This document shows, one piece after another, positions 62,794-64,000 of a stretch of 64,000 nucleotides of DNA. Location: the NCBI GenBank assembly GCA_004431415.1, contig QPMI01000101.1, positions 290,756-354,755 on the forward strand, written 5' to 3'. The stretch's first letter is position 1. Each line of letters starts with the position of its first letter. The DNA is from Cyanophora paradoxa CCMP329 (taxonomy: Eukaryota > Plantae > Glaucophyta). The position numbers and the translations under genes are program-made. A model generated the notes under the pieces. It made no database searches. It was not told the DNA's origin and saw nothing but the letters and a program-made list of their open reading frames with translations.

Positions 62794-64000
62794 ATGGCTG
62801 GCTTCGTGGCTGGAGCGGTGCCCCCGGTGGCCGGCAATGCTGCCGAATGGTGCGTACACTCCCCAGGCTGCTACGTATAGTACTTGACTCGTCCCGCATT
62901 GCAGGCTTGGAGACCGGAAAGTGCGCAATGACAAGAACCTTCGCCGCGGCAAAAGGCCGGCGGAGCTGTCGGCTGGCAGGCGGTTCACATGTGAGGCTTC
63001 GAACGATAGGTGCGAAATTGATCGCCGAGCCGTTGCTGGACCGGCGGCGTTGACGCGTCCGTCGCAGGCCGAAGTTCGAGGCACCCTCCCCGAATGAGCG
63101 CCCGATCGCCGAGCAGAGCCAGAAGCCGTGGTTCACCTTGTCTCTTTGCGCCCTGGTGGCCGCTGTGTCGGTCACCGCCATAGCCCAGGTGCTTAGTACT
63201 AGTGCATATACAGCCCGAAGTGCATAGCCCAGGCGCGCCATAGCGACGGCGAGCGCGGGGCGCAGGTCGGGGGCGCTTTCACACAGCAGCTGTACGAGAC
63301 TGCGAACGATATCCCGACGGAACTCGTGGCGCATCAGGGGACCATCTACGGTAAAATTACCTGGATGAAGAATATGATGATCATTTGAAAAACGATCCAG
63401 GTAAAATGATCTCGGTGGCTGACGGCGACACGGTTCGACAATTTGATCCCGGGGCCCTGCTGCCCCGACACGGCACCAACGATCTTTCGATGGGGCGCGG
63501 CAGTTTCGGCTGAGGCACGCGCCGGATGGGAAGTCGGCGACGCCCTTCAAGGGCAAGAAGTCGGAGCACAGCATCAGCGTCCGCCTCGCCGGCGTGGACT
63601 CTCCCGAGCTGCCGCACGGGTCCAACCCGGGGCAGCCCTTCGGCCCCGAGGCCCGCGCCGCCCTCTCCAAGATCCTGGGCGACCAGACGCTCTCCGTCCA
63701 GCTGTGCGCCGCGCCGCGCCGGCCCGCCTCCTCTGGCCGTTCCCCTCTCACTCTCTCCGCCGTGGGCGCAGGCTGCGGCGGGACCAGTACGGGCGGGTGG
63801 TGGCGCACGTGACGACGGAGAAGGGGGAGCTCCCCGCGGCGGTCCTCCTGCGCGAGGGCCTCGCCGTCGTGTACGAGGGCGGCGGCTCCGTCTACGGGCC
63901 CGGCAAGGCCTCCAAGGTCCCTCCGCCCCACTTCTCAGCGAGGCTCGGCTCACGTTTCGGCGCAGGACGAGCTCTTGAAGGTGCAGGCGGAGGCGCAGAA
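62794..64000 (+). CDS. Thermonuclease (SNase-fold) Lcl3-like endonuclease with plastid-type presequence and one hydrophobic segment; truncated by the window end
   Basis: Spliced YETANDIP...IYG|KMISVADGDT|FRLRH, VRLAGVDSPE, QPFGPEA, RDQYGRVVA, LLREGLAVVYEG; starts MAGFVAGAVPP. Confidence 0.88.

Noticed and set aside
1-64000. tRNA, rRNA or prokaryotic operon features
   Set aside because: None recognised; spliceosomal introns throughout show eukaryotic nuclear DNA.

Overview
GC-rich, intron-dense eukaryotic nuclear DNA. Introns are mostly 45-90 nt, many with GC donors. Two genes start with MA(x)FV-type N-termini and no signal peptide, which points by inference to a primary-plastid flagellate alga such as a Cyanophora-like glaucophyte. 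About 18 spliced protein genes are packed tightly, five pairs of them head-to-head. They include an AT-hook protein, a secreted FkbM-type methyltransferase, LYRM5/ETFRF1, a mitochondrial ABCB10/MDL-type half-transporter, MMAB, a cytochrome P450, two LRR proteins, a ciliary MIP-like protein, an ankyrin protein, a large receptor (two Venus-flytrap domains, Cys-rich repeats, multi-TM), a USP20/33-type deubiquitinase and an Lcl3-type thermonuclease. The 38.3-47.5 kb interval is gene-poor and holds stacked, partly nested non-autonomous DNA transposons (hAT with 8-bp TSDs, Tc1/mariner-pogo-like with TA TSDs, and a CACAG element with a 3-bp TSD). The most notable observation is that LYRM5 overlaps the start of the methyltransferase on the same strand with no intervening AUG in the spliced mRNA, which suggests a bicistronic, leaky-scanning locus. 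A second same-strand pair overlaps by ATGA. All exon structures were read by eye, and several frameshifts in G/C runs are probably sequencing errors.
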